A stretch of DNA of 64,000 nucleotides from an uncultured delta proteobacterium (GCA_963806225.1 CAWDXG010000004.1:2560001-2624000); one strand, 5' to 3'. Shown: positions 9,884 to 21,600, counted from the stretch's first letter. The notes: a model not told the origin generated them from the sequence alone. Made by a program: numbers and translations.

Positions 9884-10522
9884 ATGGGACTTCATATCGG
9901 ACAGACGGCCCCGGATTTCGAGCAGAACTCGACCGAGGGAAGCATCAAGTTCCACCAGTGGATCGGCGACAATTGGGCCATCCTGTTCTCGCACCCGAAG
10001 GACTTCACGCCGGTGTGCACGACGGAGCTCGGCCGTGCCGCCAACCTCAAGGAGGAGTTCGCCAAGCGCGGCGTCAAGATGCTGGCCGTCAGCGTCGACA
10101 GCGTCGAGGACCACAAGAAGTGGATCGGCGACATCGAGGAGACGCAGCACGCGAAGATGAACTATCCGATCCTCGGCGACCCCGACAAGAAGGTCGCCAA
10201 GCTCTACGACATGATCCATCCGGAAGCGGACAACACGCTGACGGTGCGCTCGGTCTTCATCATCGACAACAACAAGAAGATCCGCGCGATGGTCACCTAC
10301 CCGGCCAGCACGGGCCGCAATTTCGACGAGCTTCTTCGCGTGATCGACTCGCTGCAGCTCACCGACAACCACAAGGTGGCGACCCCCGTCGACTGGAAGC
10401 CGGGCGACGACGTGATCATCGTTCCGTCGCTGACGGACGAGAAGGAGATCAAGGAGCGCTTCCCCAAGGGCTACAAGACGCTGCGCCCCTATCTCCGGAT
10501 GACGCCGCAGCCGAACAAGTAG
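9884..10522 (+). CDS. 1-Cys peroxiredoxin (Prx6 family)
   Basis: FSHPKDFTPVCTTELG, YPASTGRNFDE, ATPVDW; GAGGAGG RBS upstream. Confidence 0.95.
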   Translation: MGLHIGQTAPDFEQNSTEGSIKFHQWIGDNWAILFSHPKDFTPVCTTELGRAANLKEEFAKRGVKMLAVSVDSVEDHKKWIGDIEETQHAKMNYPILGDPDKKVAKLYDMIHPEADNTLTVRSVFIIDNNKKIRAMVTYPASTGRNFDELLRVIDSLQLTDNHKVATPVDWKPGDDVIIVPSLTDEKEIKERFPKGYKTLRPYLRMTPQPNK

Positions 10523-10635
10523 GGCAACAAAGGAAAGGACGCCGCGACCTGCGCGGCGCCCTCTCACGACAAGCGGGCTGGCCGCACACGCGCCGCTCCC
10601 CTGCGGCGCGTGCAGCGGCCACCCGAGCCTCTGGG

Positions 10636-11535
10636 CTAGCGCCGACGACGGTGGCGCCGGCCGAATCCGAACGCGGCGAATCCGAGGAGCAGTCCCAGGC
10701 CCGCCGCCGCGTCGCCGCCCGTCGATCCCGGCTGCATCGCGCAGCTGGCCGAGGCGTTGGCCTGACCCGAGCAGGTGTTGCCGCTACAGCTCCCGCTCGC
10801 GCTGGCATCCACCTTCACGTTGAGCAGTGCGTTGAGCGCGTCGATGCACTGCTGCAGGTGGCCGCCGTCGTCGACGTACTGCCCATCGCAGAACAGCGCG
10901 CCGTCCGGGTCCTGGCACTCGGTCTTGCAGCCGCCCTCGAGGTTGGCCGTGCAGGTCGCGTAGCTCTGCGACTGGCAGTTGACCTGGCAATCCATGTTCG
11001 CCTGCGCCTCGCAGCTGCCCTGGCAGCTGGCCTGGCACCTGGCCTGGCAGTCTGCGGAGGGCGGCGTGCCGCTACAGCTCGCGTCGCAGTGCGCCGAGAT
11101 GGTCGCCTTGCACGAGGCCATGCACTGGGCATGCGCGTCGGCGCCGGAATCCGTGGTGGAAGCGGAGCCCGAGCACTGCGTTTCGCAGTCCGCCTGGGCG
11201 GACGCTTCGCAGTCCGCCGTGCAGTCGAAGCTGCCGGGGTCGGCGTTGCAGCTCGCCTCGCAGGTACCGACGTCGCAGCTACCGGTGCAGGTCGCCGATG
11301 CAGTGGCGTTGCACTGGCCGTCGCACTGCACCTCGAGCTTGCCGGCACAGGCCGCCACGAAGTGCACCGGCGTGCAGTAGGCCGTGCAACCGCCTTCTAC
11401 CTTGACCTTGCACTGGGCGTTGGCCTGGACGTTGATATTGCCGCACGCATCGATACCCGCGTGGGCGATGGATGGAACAAGCAATGGGGCGGCAAGCGCC
11501 GCAGCGAACAGGGCCGGAGCAATCAGCTTTCGCAT
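10636..11535 (-). CDS. Secreted Cys-rich protein with MYXO-CTERM-like sorting signal
   Basis: Signal peptide ending AHA; CxxxC repeats; C-terminal SCAMQPG, hydrophobic helix, then RRHRRRR. Confidence 0.8.
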   Translation of the reverse strand: MRKLIAPALFAAALAAPLLVPSIAHAGIDACGNINVQANAQCKVKVEGGCTAYCTPVHFVAACAGKLEVQCDGQCNATASATCTGSCDVGTCEASCNADPGSFDCTADCEASAQADCETQCSGSASTTDSGADAHAQCMASCKATISAHCDASCSGTPPSADCQARCQASCQGSCEAQANMDCQVNCQSQSYATCTANLEGGCKTECQDPDGALFCDGQYVDDGGHLQQCIDALNALLNVKVDASASGSCSGNTCSGQANASASCAMQPGSTGGDAAAGLGLLLGFAAFGFGRRHRRRR

Positions 11536-11795
11536 GTGTGGTTCTCCTGTGACCAAGCAACGAGGCGCGCAGGGCTTGTGACCCTGAGCCCCCACAAATC
11601 TACGGCACGGACGAGACTTCCTTCCCGACGAGCAACACCTTCCAGCGAACGCAGTCTAGCAGGCGGGCACGAACGGGCGCCCCTGAAGGCCGGAGCCGTG
11701 GCGGATTGCGCGGGAGTATCAATGGGTTACCGGGAGCGTGGTGGCAGCGCCGCGAGGCGCGTCGCAAGGTTGGACCGCCGAGCCCCGCGTTCTCT

Positions 11796-12389
11796 TCAAC
11801 GCCCGCGCCGGGAAGCGGTCTTCTTCTTGAGGGCGGCGATTTCCGTCTCGGCCTGCTCCAGCCGGCGCGCGAGCCGCTGACGCCGCTCCTGTTCGCGGGA
11901 CAGAAGCTGTTCCACGTCGTCGGCGCGCTTGCGCTCGGCGGCGACCAGCCGGTCGTAGGCCGATTGGATCCGCTCCGTTTCGGGGCGCACCTTGAGGACG
12001 TACACGCCGAGCGCGCCGGCCATCCCGGCCAACGTGACGAGGAAGGCGAGGCGGCCGACGAGCCGTTGTCGCCGTACACGCGCCTCGGCGTCGAGGTCCG
12101 CCAGGCGCTGCCGGTGCTGCTGCTGCCGGGCCAGCAACTCCAACCGGGCTCGCGCCTCACCGTCCGCGAGCGCCCGCGCAATCTCGGCCTGTTTCATCGC
12201 CTCGATGCGCGCCCGCTCTTCGCGCTCGCGCTGGGATTCCTGCTGGCGGCGCCGCTCGCGGGCGATCCGGGTGCTCTCGACTTGATGAAGAAGCCGGTCA
12301 GGCCCGGTCCGCTTCGCCGCCCGCTCGAGCTCGAGCTTCTTCAGGCTCTGGAGCGTGAACAGGATCGAGCTTTGCTTGAACCCGGGCAT
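11796..12389 (-). CDS. Hypothetical coiled-coil membrane protein
   Basis: N-terminal SSILFTLQSL, Arg/Glu-rich coiled coil, one TM segment. Confidence 0.6.
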   Translation of the reverse strand: MPGFKQSSILFTLQSLKKLELERAAKRTGPDRLLHQVESTRIARERRRQQESQREREERARIEAMKQAEIARALADGEARARLELLARQQQHRQRLADLDAEARVRRQRLVGRLAFLVTLAGMAGALGVYVLKVRPETERIQSAYDRLVAAERKRADDVEQLLSREQERRQRLARRLEQAETEIAALKKKTASRRGR

Positions 12390-12472
12390 TTCGCGCACTT
12401 CCCGTCGGCCGAGGGCGGCCCACAGCGGTCGCTCCCAGTGCTCAGACAAGGCGGGGCCCGGCGTCTTGGGAC

Positions 12473-12502
12473 AAAAACAGCCCCTGGCGGCAGAGGGGTG
12501 CG
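12473..12502 (-). terminator. Probable rho-independent terminator of the acyl-CoA dehydrogenase gene
   Basis: Minus strand CACCCCTCTGCCGCCAGGGGCTG followed by TTTTT just after the stop. Confidence 0.5.
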
Positions 12503-12515
12503 CGCTCGTTCAGGT

Positions 12516-13661
<1,146 letters not shown>

Positions 13662-13809
13662 GGGTGACCTCCTTCCGGGCAAACCGAGCCTAGCCTTGCG
13701 CCTCGGCTCCAGCCAAGCCGGCCCCTCTGCCATGCCGATTTATGCGCGGCACGGCGGAACCCGACGCGCGAGCTTGACCGGACGATGGCGGCTTGCTTGG
13801 TTGTCGGCC

Positions 13810-14511
13810 GTGCCTGTCTTCTCCGCCTGGCGACGCGCGTTGCTTCTCGCCTGCACCCTTGGAGTGCTTCCGGCTTGCCACAAACCGGCCAACGGCGGCC
13901 CGGACGCGACACCGGGTCCGCCGATCAAGATGCTGAAGCGGACGTTTGTCGCGTCGAAGAAGACGGAGATCATGCCGCTTGCCGTGGGTCAATGGACGCG
14001 CATGCGGGTGAAGCGCCCGGACGAGAACTCGGTGTTCACCGACAAGGTGATCGGCAAGGAGGGCGATGCGTTCTGGATCGAGACGGTGCTGCTGCGCCCG
14101 GGACGCAAGGTCATCACGCAGGCACTGGTCGCCATGAAAGGCCCGGGCTCTCCACCCGAGGTACGCGAGCTGCGCGTGAAGTTGCCGGACCACAAGCTTC
14201 AGGAATACCGGGGACGCCAGCTCAGGTCCGCCCAGCTCATGTACGAGCGGCTGGTCGAGAGCCTGCAGGTGCCGAAGCTAGCCGCAATGCCGCGGGAGCG
14301 AGCACACGTGCCGGCGGGCGTCTTCGAGGGCTGCTACCGGCGCCACGTCTCGTCGAAGTTCCGGAACATCAATGCCGACGCGACGGTGTGGACGCATCCG
14401 GCAGTGCCGCTAAGCGGGACCGTCAAGTCGCTGAGCGACAACAAGGAACTCACGGTCGAGCTCGTCGACTTCGGGACGACGGGGGCGAAGAGCGCGCTCC
14501 AGGCTCGGTGA
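13810..14511 (+). CDS. Hypothetical lipoprotein
   Basis: Lipobox LPAC; VPAGVFEGC and WTHPAVPLSGTVK; start approximate. Confidence 0.65.
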   Translation: MPVFSAWRRALLLACTLGVLPACHKPANGGPDATPGPPIKMLKRTFVASKKTEIMPLAVGQWTRMRVKRPDENSVFTDKVIGKEGDAFWIETVLLRPGRKVITQALVAMKGPGSPPEVRELRVKLPDHKLQEYRGRQLRSAQLMYERLVESLQVPKLAAMPRERAHVPAGVFEGCYRRHVSSKFRNINADATVWTHPAVPLSGTVKSLSDNKELTVELVDFGTTGAKSALQAR

Positions 14512-14515
14512 GCGT

Positions 14516-16294
14516 TCAGAACGGCGCGGTGGGAACCGGAACTGCGCTGGTGGATTTCGGTTTCGGCTTCGCGGGGGCCGGGAGCGCACCGAAGCTAGCT
14601 ACGTGCTTGACGGGCGGCGCCGCGCTCGCGGTGGGGGCGGTCGTCGGTGCGGACGAAGCGGTCTTCACCGGCGCCGCAACCGTGGCGTGGTGCTTGTGCT
14701 TCTTCTTCTGATGCGCGACCGGCGCCGGCGCTTCGTCCGCGGAAGCCGGCGGGGGCGCCGGCTCGGCTGTCTGGGGCTCGCTGGGCGGGGGCTCGGCGAT
14801 CGAGGCCGTGGCGGGTGCCTCGATCGCCGGACGGTCCGTCTCCGTTGCGGCAGGCGCCGGTTCGGTATTCCGGGCCTTTTCGGGCGGCGTGGCATACGTG
14901 GCGGCGGTGTCCGGCGTGGCGCTCGGCGCGTCGGCCCGATGACCCGGTCGCACGATCAAGCCGAGCAGAAGCAGCGCCGCCGCGCCGATCACGACGCCTG
15001 TGACGACCCGCCGCGTCTGCGCAGTGCGCTCCGGCGGGATCGAGCGCTGGTGCACCATCGGCGGCTCGTCCCGCTCCGCCGGGGAGCCCTTGGCCCCCGC
15101 GCCAGCGCGGCGTGGCGCCACCTTGGGCTCGGCCTTTTCCTGCTCGGCTTCTTCGGCTTCGGCCGCGTCTTTCCGTTCCGCTTCCTCGGCGGCAGCCCGC
15201 TGCCCGGCGTCCCCGCTTCCGGCGTCCTCCCGGGCTTCGGCTTCATCGGCGGCTTCGGTCTGCTCCTCTTCTTCCTCGCTCGGGGCATTCGCCGGCGGGA
15301 ACTCGCTCGAGCGGCGGGCTTCCTCCGCGGCGACCTCGGTCGCGCCCTGCATCAGTGATTCCAGCTCGAAGCGGCGTGCCGCGAGGTCATTGCCGGCGAG
15401 GTGCCAGAACGTGCTGGCGATCTGGTGACGATCCAGAACCAGCGCCGGCGCCGCCTTCTCCAGAGCCTGCCCCAGCTCGGCCGGCCCCGCGTAGCGGTCG
15501 GCGGCGTTGCGGGCAAGCGCCTTCAGCACGACCTTCTTCAGCTCGGCAGGCAGCTCGTGCACGTCGGGCGGCAATGCGGAAGCCATGGCCCCCGCAATGT
15601 CGTCGCCGTCGGCGCCACCGACCAGCGGGCGACCGGCGAGCGCCTGGAACAGGATGGCGCCAAGCGCGAACACATCGGCGCGCACGCTACCCGAAGCGTG
15701 CTTCTGCTCTGCGAGCTGCTCTGGCGCCTTGTAGGCGAGGCGACGCAGCGCACCTTCGCGCGGCGCCCGGCAGGCCGCCACGGCGAGGCTCACCGGTGAA
15801 AGGACGGTCACGCCGCCCGCGGTGAGGAGGATCGCTTCCGGTGCCAGATCGCCGTGCGGGCCGCCGAGCGCGTCGAGGGCCGCGATCACGTCGAACAGGA
15901 TGCGCAACGCCATTCCCGGCGGCAGTCGCTCGCCGTCGTCGCGCGCCATGGAGAGCAGCGCACCCAGGTCGACCCCTTCGACGTGTTCGAGCACGGCGTA
16001 GACGCCGTCGCCCTCGGCCCCGACCGCGAGAACCCGGAGCAGCAGAGGCGAGCGACGCTCGGCGGCCTTACGCATGAAACCGAGGAAAGCCTCTCGTGAC
16101 TCGGTGTCGCCCACCGCGTCGCGCCTAAGCCGCACGAGGCGCAGCACACGGTCGGGCTGGCTCAGCGAACGGGCGAGCCACACCTCCGACACCGCGTCGC
16201 TCCCGATGCCTTCCAGGAGCTCGTAGCTACCGATTGTTATCGCGAACTCGCTTGGATCCGAGGCCCTCACGTCGGGGGAGCTAACCACAGACAT
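14516..16294 (-). CDS. Membrane-anchored Ser/Thr kinase-like protein (pseudokinase)
   Basis: Kinase fold landmarks (YELLEGIG, LEHVEGVDL, HGDLAPEAIL, AYKAPEQ, ADVFALG) with catalytic residues lost; acidic linker, TM, Pro/Ala-rich tail. Confidence 0.85.
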   Translation of the reverse strand: MSVVSSPDVRASDPSEFAITIGSYELLEGIGSDAVSEVWLARSLSQPDRVLRLVRLRRDAVGDTESREAFLGFMRKAAERRSPLLLRVLAVGAEGDGVYAVLEHVEGVDLGALLSMARDDGERLPPGMALRILFDVIAALDALGGPHGDLAPEAILLTAGGVTVLSPVSLAVAACRAPREGALRRLAYKAPEQLAEQKHASGSVRADVFALGAILFQALAGRPLVGGADGDDIAGAMASALPPDVHELPAELKKVVLKALARNAADRYAGPAELGQALEKAAPALVLDRHQIASTFWHLAGNDLAARRFELESLMQGATEVAAEEARRSSEFPPANAPSEEEEEQTEAADEAEAREDAGSGDAGQRAAAEEAERKDAAEAEEAEQEKAEPKVAPRRAGAGAKGSPAERDEPPMVHQRSIPPERTAQTRRVVTGVVIGAAALLLLGLIVRPGHRADAPSATPDTAATYATPPEKARNTEPAPAATETDRPAIEAPATASIAEPPPSEPQTAEPAPPPASADEAPAPVAHQKKKHKHHATVAAPVKTASSAPTTAPTASAAPPVKHVASFGALPAPAKPKPKSTSAVPVPTAPF

Positions 16295-16401
16295 GGCTTC
16301 GAGGCGAGCCGCGCCTGACATCCGCTTTCGGCGCGGCAATCCGGGGCGGAGATTGCGGCCGACTTGACTTCGGACCGGGCCGATTGGAGCGTTTCAAGCG
16401 C

Positions 16402-16752
16402 ATGAGAGCGTTCCACCATGCCGCGATTGTGCTGTCGCTGAACGTGCTGTTCGGGGCGGGTTGCGCGGCAGGCAAAAAGGAGGACCCGGTTGCGGGGGCC
16501 CAGTGCCAAGCCGTGCTGTATTCCGCCTGCACGCGCGCCATCGACGACTGCAGTCTCTCCGGGTACCCCTCCACGGCAGACGATTGCGTCACAGAGTACC
16601 TTCCCTCGTGTTGCGGTGACTCGTGCGACAAGAAGGCGCTGAGCCCGGAAAGCGACATCGCGCGCTGCCAGCGCGCGATCGCGGCAGCGGCGTGCGACGT
16701 CTTCGACGGCGGCGGACTGCCCCCCGAGTGTCTGCACGTCGTCCGGTACTGA
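16402..16752 (+). CDS. Small Cys-rich lipoprotein
   Basis: Signal ending GAGC, ten further Cys. Confidence 0.65.
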   Translation: MRAFHHAAIVLSLNVLFGAGCAAGKKEDPVAGAQCQAVLYSACTRAIDDCSLSGYPSTADDCVTEYLPSCCGDSCDKKALSPESDIARCQRAIAAAACDVFDGGGLPPECLHVVRY

Positions 16753-16755
16753 CGC

Positions 16756-18081
16756 CTAGTCTTCGAACAGGCGGCGGACAAACCCGCTGGCGAAGAGCCC
16801 ATCCGGATCGAGCTCCCGACGGAGCGCGTTGAATCGGTCCGCCATCGGGTAGAGCTCGCGGATCTCCGCGCCAGTGAGCGAAAACTCCTTGCCCCAGTGC
16901 GGACGGCCGCCCATCGCATACATGATGCGCTGGAATTCCTGGAAGTACCGGTCGATCCCCTCGGTCTCGAACATGTAGGCGCCGATCTGGCAGCTGTCGC
17001 GACCGTAGGCAGGGCTCATCATGATGTCGTCGGCCGCGACGAAGCGCATCTCCACGATGAAATTGACGTGGAGATGCTCGCGCTGGATGAGGTCCCTGAG
17101 CGCGTACATCGCGCCCACCCCGTAGTCGAGCGACACCGCGAACTCGCTTTCCCGGTGCACCGGGATCTGCGGGACGTTGAACACTCGGTCGGAGCGCGCG
17201 ACGCGCCGCTCCTCCTTGAAAATGGATCCGCCGACGAGGCGATTCAGCGCGGGAATCATTGTCGGGCGGGCCCGTCCCGCGCGCAGCAGACCGGCGAAGA
17301 GCGCCAGCGAGGCGGGCGACTCGTCGAAGCGCCGCGCCAGGCCCCGCCGCGTTGGCTTCCGGCCGGTGCGATCCGCAAGATAGACCTGGATGGAGTCGGT
17401 GTGCGGCAGCCACCACAACTTGACGTGCTCGTGGCTCTCGAGAAGCCGCGGCAGGCGATCGAGCGCGCGTTCGAATCCGAGTGGCTCGGTGACTTCTTCG
17501 AGGTTGAACAGCGGCTCGCACTGCAGCGTCACGGTACTGATCACGCCGAGCGCGCCGAGCCCGACCCGCGCGGCGGAGAGCAGCTCGGGCTCCGACCCGT
17601 CGATCTGTAGCGTCTCGCCACGGCCGCTGACCAGCCGCATGCCGACCACGGAGGTGGCGAGATTACCGAAGCCCAGTCCGCTGCCATGCGTCCCGGTGGA
17701 AATCGCGCCCGCGACGCTCTGCTCGGAGATGGATCCGAGTACCGACATGGCCATCTCCTGCTCGCGCAGGCGCGCGCCGAGATCGGCCAGGCGGATCCCG
17801 GCTTGAACGGTGATGCGATGCCGCTCGCGGTCGACCTCGAGCACGTCGGCGTATCGGTCGAGCCCCAGCATCACCCCGTCCGTGCAGGCGATGTCGCTCC
17901 AGGAGTGGCCGGCTCCCACCGGCTTGAGCCGGAGTCCGGTGCGGGCCGAGTGCTGTACCAGCTCCTCGATTTCCTGCTCGCTCTCCGGCTCGGCTCGGGC
18001 CACGGGCGTGCAGCGCTCGGTGCCGGCCCAGTTCCGGAACTCGCGCGCCCGGCTCGCTCCCTCTGTGCTGCGCGGCGGCAC
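16756..18081 (-). CDS. FAD-linked oxidase, D-arabinono-1,4-lactone oxidase family
   Basis: FRNWAG, VGAGHSWS (covalent FAD His), ISTGTHGSG, GGRPHWGK; GTG start approximate. Confidence 0.92.
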   Translation of the reverse strand: MPPRSTEGASRAREFRNWAGTERCTPVARAEPESEQEIEELVQHSARTGLRLKPVGAGHSWSDIACTDGVMLGLDRYADVLEVDRERHRITVQAGIRLADLGARLREQEMAMSVLGSISEQSVAGAISTGTHGSGLGFGNLATSVVGMRLVSGRGETLQIDGSEPELLSAARVGLGALGVISTVTLQCEPLFNLEEVTEPLGFERALDRLPRLLESHEHVKLWWLPHTDSIQVYLADRTGRKPTRRGLARRFDESPASLALFAGLLRAGRARPTMIPALNRLVGGSIFKEERRVARSDRVFNVPQIPVHRESEFAVSLDYGVGAMYALRDLIQREHLHVNFIVEMRFVAADDIMMSPAYGRDSCQIGAYMFETEGIDRYFQEFQRIMYAMGGRPHWGKEFSLTGAEIRELYPMADRFNALRRELDPDGLFASGFVRRLFED

Positions 18082-18134
18082 GGGAGGAACAGTACATGAC
18101 GGGGACCCGGAGACGCTTCTTGACCGGGCACCTG

Positions 18135-18159
18135 TTTTCGACGACACTGTCGTCGAAAA
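18135..18159. promoter_or_regulatory. Perfect palindrome, probable TetR operator
   Basis: TTTTCGACGACA-C-TGTCGTCGAAAA (12-bp arms) between divergent oxidase and tetR genes, touching the tetR ATG. Confidence 0.75.
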
Positions 18160-18758
18160 TGCCGCGCATCGTCGACGAAGCGGAACAACGCAGGCGGATC
18201 CGCCAGGCGGCCCGGCGCGCCTTCGCCCGTCTCGGGCTCGAAGGCACCGGGCTCAAGCACGTCGCGCTCGAGGCCGGCCTGGGCCGCTCTAGCCTGTACC
18301 ACTACTACCCGGACAAGGCGGCGCTCGTGCAGGACCTCGCCGACGAGCTGCTCGACGAGGAGACGGCACTCTTCACGCAGGCCATCCAGAGCGGCGACGG
18401 CGCCCTCGACCGCATCGAACGGCTGACCACCGCAATCGTGGAACTGTTCGATCGTTCTGCCTCCACCGGGCGGCTCATGCTCCAGATCTGGGCCAACGAT
18501 CCCGATCGCTTCCAGGCGATGCTCGACATGCTGCGTGGCGGGCTCACGCAGGTCGTCATGCAGGGGCAAGAGCACGGCGAGATCGACCCGGCGCTGCATC
18601 CCGAAGCGGCGGCGACGCTCGTCATCGCGCTGATGGACGGTGTTCTCGTGCAGGGCTTCATCGATCCGCGCTTGTTCGAGCACAAGGGGAGGCTCGGAGA
18701 TGCGTTGCTCACGGCCGTACGCCGGATGCTGGCTACTCCCCGGACGAAAGGCGACTGA
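18159..18758 (+). CDS. TetR/AcrR-family transcriptional regulator
   Basis: HTH VALEAGLGRSSLYHYYPDK. Confidence 0.93.
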   Translation: MPRIVDEAEQRRRIRQAARRAFARLGLEGTGLKHVALEAGLGRSSLYHYYPDKAALVQDLADELLDEETALFTQAIQSGDGALDRIERLTTAIVELFDRSASTGRLMLQIWANDPDRFQAMLDMLRGGLTQVVMQGQEHGEIDPALHPEAAATLVIALMDGVLVQGFIDPRLFEHKGRLGDALLTAVRRMLATPRTKGD

Positions 18759-18760
18759 CG

Positions 18761-19309
18761 ATGGATCTGGTTGTCACGTTGTTCATCATCTCGGGCACCA
18801 TCGGCGCGGCCGACATCCTCTACTACCACTGGTACAAGTTCAGGCTGTACAAGCAGCCCGGCTCGCGCCTGGAAACGCTGACGCACGTGTTCCGATCGTT
18901 CACGTTCGGCATCGGCGTGTTCACGCTCCTGCACTACCTGCCGTTGGGAGGCTGGTACTGGGCGGTTGCCGGGCTGTTCGCAGCGGACTTCATCGACGAG
19001 ATCATCGACATCGTGATCGAGCCGAAGAGCCGCGAACCGCTGGGAGGGCTGCCCGGCCGCGAGTACCTCGTGCACATGGTGAGCACCACGCTGAACGGCG
19101 GGGCGTGGGTCGCCTTCCTGGTCGCCGGCTGGGCCGGGCGCGGCGCGGCCACTGCCCTCGTGGCCAGACACCCGGCGCTTCCGGCGTGGCTCGTCCTCGA
19201 CGGCAATCTGGTCGTCGGCAGCTCGCTCCTGATCGGCACGGCGGAGCTCGTGCTGCTGCTCAGGTCGTGGACGACCGACCGCGCACCTGCCGCGGACGCC
19301 GCGACCTGA
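18761..19309 (+). CDS. Hypothetical membrane protein (His-containing, about 5 TM)
   Basis: TM segments; DILYYH, ETLTH, EYLVH; 2 nt after the tetR stop. Confidence 0.7.
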   Translation: MDLVVTLFIISGTIGAADILYYHWYKFRLYKQPGSRLETLTHVFRSFTFGIGVFTLLHYLPLGGWYWAVAGLFAADFIDEIIDIVIEPKSREPLGGLPGREYLVHMVSTTLNGGAWVAFLVAGWAGRGAATALVARHPALPAWLVLDGNLVVGSSLLIGTAELVLLLRSWTTDRAPAADAAT

Positions 19310-19342
19310 CCGTCCTCGTCCCAGCAGCCAACTACCAGTAGC

Positions 19343-21600
19343 TCAGACCCGCGCCGCCGCCGCTGACGCTCGGGCCCCGACGCTGCCGGGGCGCACGGCC
19401 TTGTCGCCGTAGAAGGTCGCTCCGCTCCTGGCCATCTCGACCAGAACCTGCGCGGGCGTGAAGCGCTTGCCGTGCTCTTTCTCGAAGCGCTCGAGTCGCC
19501 GCACGATCTCCGAGCGCACCCACCGAGTCGACGTACCGGAACGGTCCTCCGCGGAAGGGCGGGAAGCCCAGTCCGAAGATGGCGCCGATGTCGCCGTCGC
19601 GCGCGCTCCTGAGAATGCCCTCGCCGAAGCAATGCGCCGCTTCATTCACCATCGACAACACGCAGCGCTGGACGATTTCGCTCGACGGCTTGTCGGTGAT
19701 GGGCTTGACGCCCAGCACGTCGTACACGCTGGTGTCGACCTGCTTGCCCTTCTTCTTGCCGTCGTACAGGTAGAAGCCGCGCTTGTTCTTGCGCCCGAAG
19801 CGCTTGTCGGCAACCAGCTTGTCCATTCCAGGCGGCGCCTTCATGCGGTCGCCGAAAGCCTCGAGCATGATGTGCCCGACCTTCTCGCCCACGTCGATGC
19901 CGACCTCGTCGAGCAGGGTGATCGGGCCTACCGGATAGCCCCACTCGACCAGCGCCTGGTCGATCTTCTCGATGGCGACTCCCTCGCCGAGCAGGTACGC
20001 GGCCTCGTTCATGTACGGCCCGAGGATGCGCGAGGTGTAGAAGCCCACGCCGTCCCTGACCACGATCACGGTCTTGCCCTGCTTCTTGCCGAGCGCGACG
20101 CAGGTTGCCGTCACCCAGGGTGCGGTCTTGTCGGTCACGATGATCTCGAGCAACGGCATCTTGTGCACCGGCGAGAAGTAGTGCATCCCGATCACGCGCT
20201 CGGGGTGCTCCGCCGCTTCCGCGATGCGCGTGATGGGCAACGACGACGTGTTCGAAGCGAAGATCGTCTCCTTGCCGGCGTGCTCTTCGATGTCCTTGAG
20301 CATGCGGTGCTTCAGGCCGAGATCCTCGAACACGGCCTCGATCACCACGTCGGCATCGTGGAACCCTCCGTAGTCCACGGTACCGGTAACGCGCGCCATG
20401 GTGACGTCACGGTCCATCGGGGTCATGCGCTTCCTCTTGACGCGCTGATCGAGGATGTCGCGCATGTATTTCGAGCCCCGCCCCGACGCCCTGGTCATCC
20501 TTGTCCTTGAGGCGTACCGGGAGCTTGGCGATGGCCGTGGTGACGTAGGCGATGCCCGCACCCATCAGCCCTGCGCCGAGCATCCCGACCTTTCGCACCG
20601 CATGCGGCTTGACGGATGGATCGTCGACGCCGGTGTCCTTCTTGATCTCCGTGGTCGCGGAGAAGATGTTCATGAGCTGCGCGGCTTCCGCGCTCACGAC
20701 CAGGTCACCGAATGCGCTGGCTTCAGCCTCCAGGCCCTTTTCCATGCCGCCCTCGAGACCAGCGCGCACGACCTCTACGATGCGCTCGGGTGCGGGATAG
20801 TTCCCGTGCGTCTTCGAAAGCAGCTGCTTCTTCGCCTGGTCGAACAGGAGCTTGCGCCCGAGGGGGTTTTCGGTGAGCGCGCGCTCGGACAGCTCGCCCT
20901 TGTCCAGGAGGTGCTTCAGGCGATCGAGCGGTCCTTCCTTCTTCCGCGCCTCGCCGGCGAGGCGCAGCGCGTGCTCTGCCGCCACCTCGAGCAGGATGGC
21001 CTGCGGTACCACCTCGTCGACCAGACCCATGCGCCGCGCGCGCTTCGAGTCCACTTGCTTGCCCGTGAGCATGAGGTCGAGCGCGGCCTGCACGCCGAGC
21101 AGCCGAGGCAGGCGCTGCGTGCCGCCCATTCCCGGGAGGAGCCCGAGCTGCACCTCCGGCACGCCGAACTTCGTCTTCTTGTCGTCGCTGGCGACGCGGC
21201 CACGGCACGCCAGCGCGAGCTCCAGGCCTCCACCGAGGCAGGGGCCGTGGATGGCAGCGACCACGGGTACACGGAAGCTCTCGAGCCGCTCCATAGCGCG
21301 GTGCCCCGTCCGCGAGATCTCCGCCGCATCGGCGGCCGTCCTGACGCCCTTGATCATGTTGATGTCGGCGCCGGCGAGGAAGCTGTCGGGCTTGCCCGAG
21401 GCAAAGACGACAGCCTTCACGTCGTTGTCGTTGTCGAGCTCGTCGAACAGCCGCGCGAAATCCTCGGCGAACGTGTTCTTGAGCGTGTTCATCGTCTCGC
21501 CCGGGACATCCATGCTCACCACGGCGACGCCGTCGGGACGCTTCTCCAGCGACAGCACCTCGTGCGCTGCCGATCCATTGCCGTTCTTTGCCGCTTCCAT
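19343..21600 (-). CDS. fadJ: Fatty-acid oxidation complex alpha subunit (hydratase/3-hydroxyacyl-CoA dehydrogenase), split by two +1 frameshifts
   Basis: FLAGADI, CLGGGLELALAC, PEVQLGLLPG, GAGLMG, IEAVFE, FASNTSSLPI, GMHYFSPV, GLGFPPFRGGP; frame changes near 20475 and 19515; removing 2 nt gives 752 codons. Confidence 0.92.
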
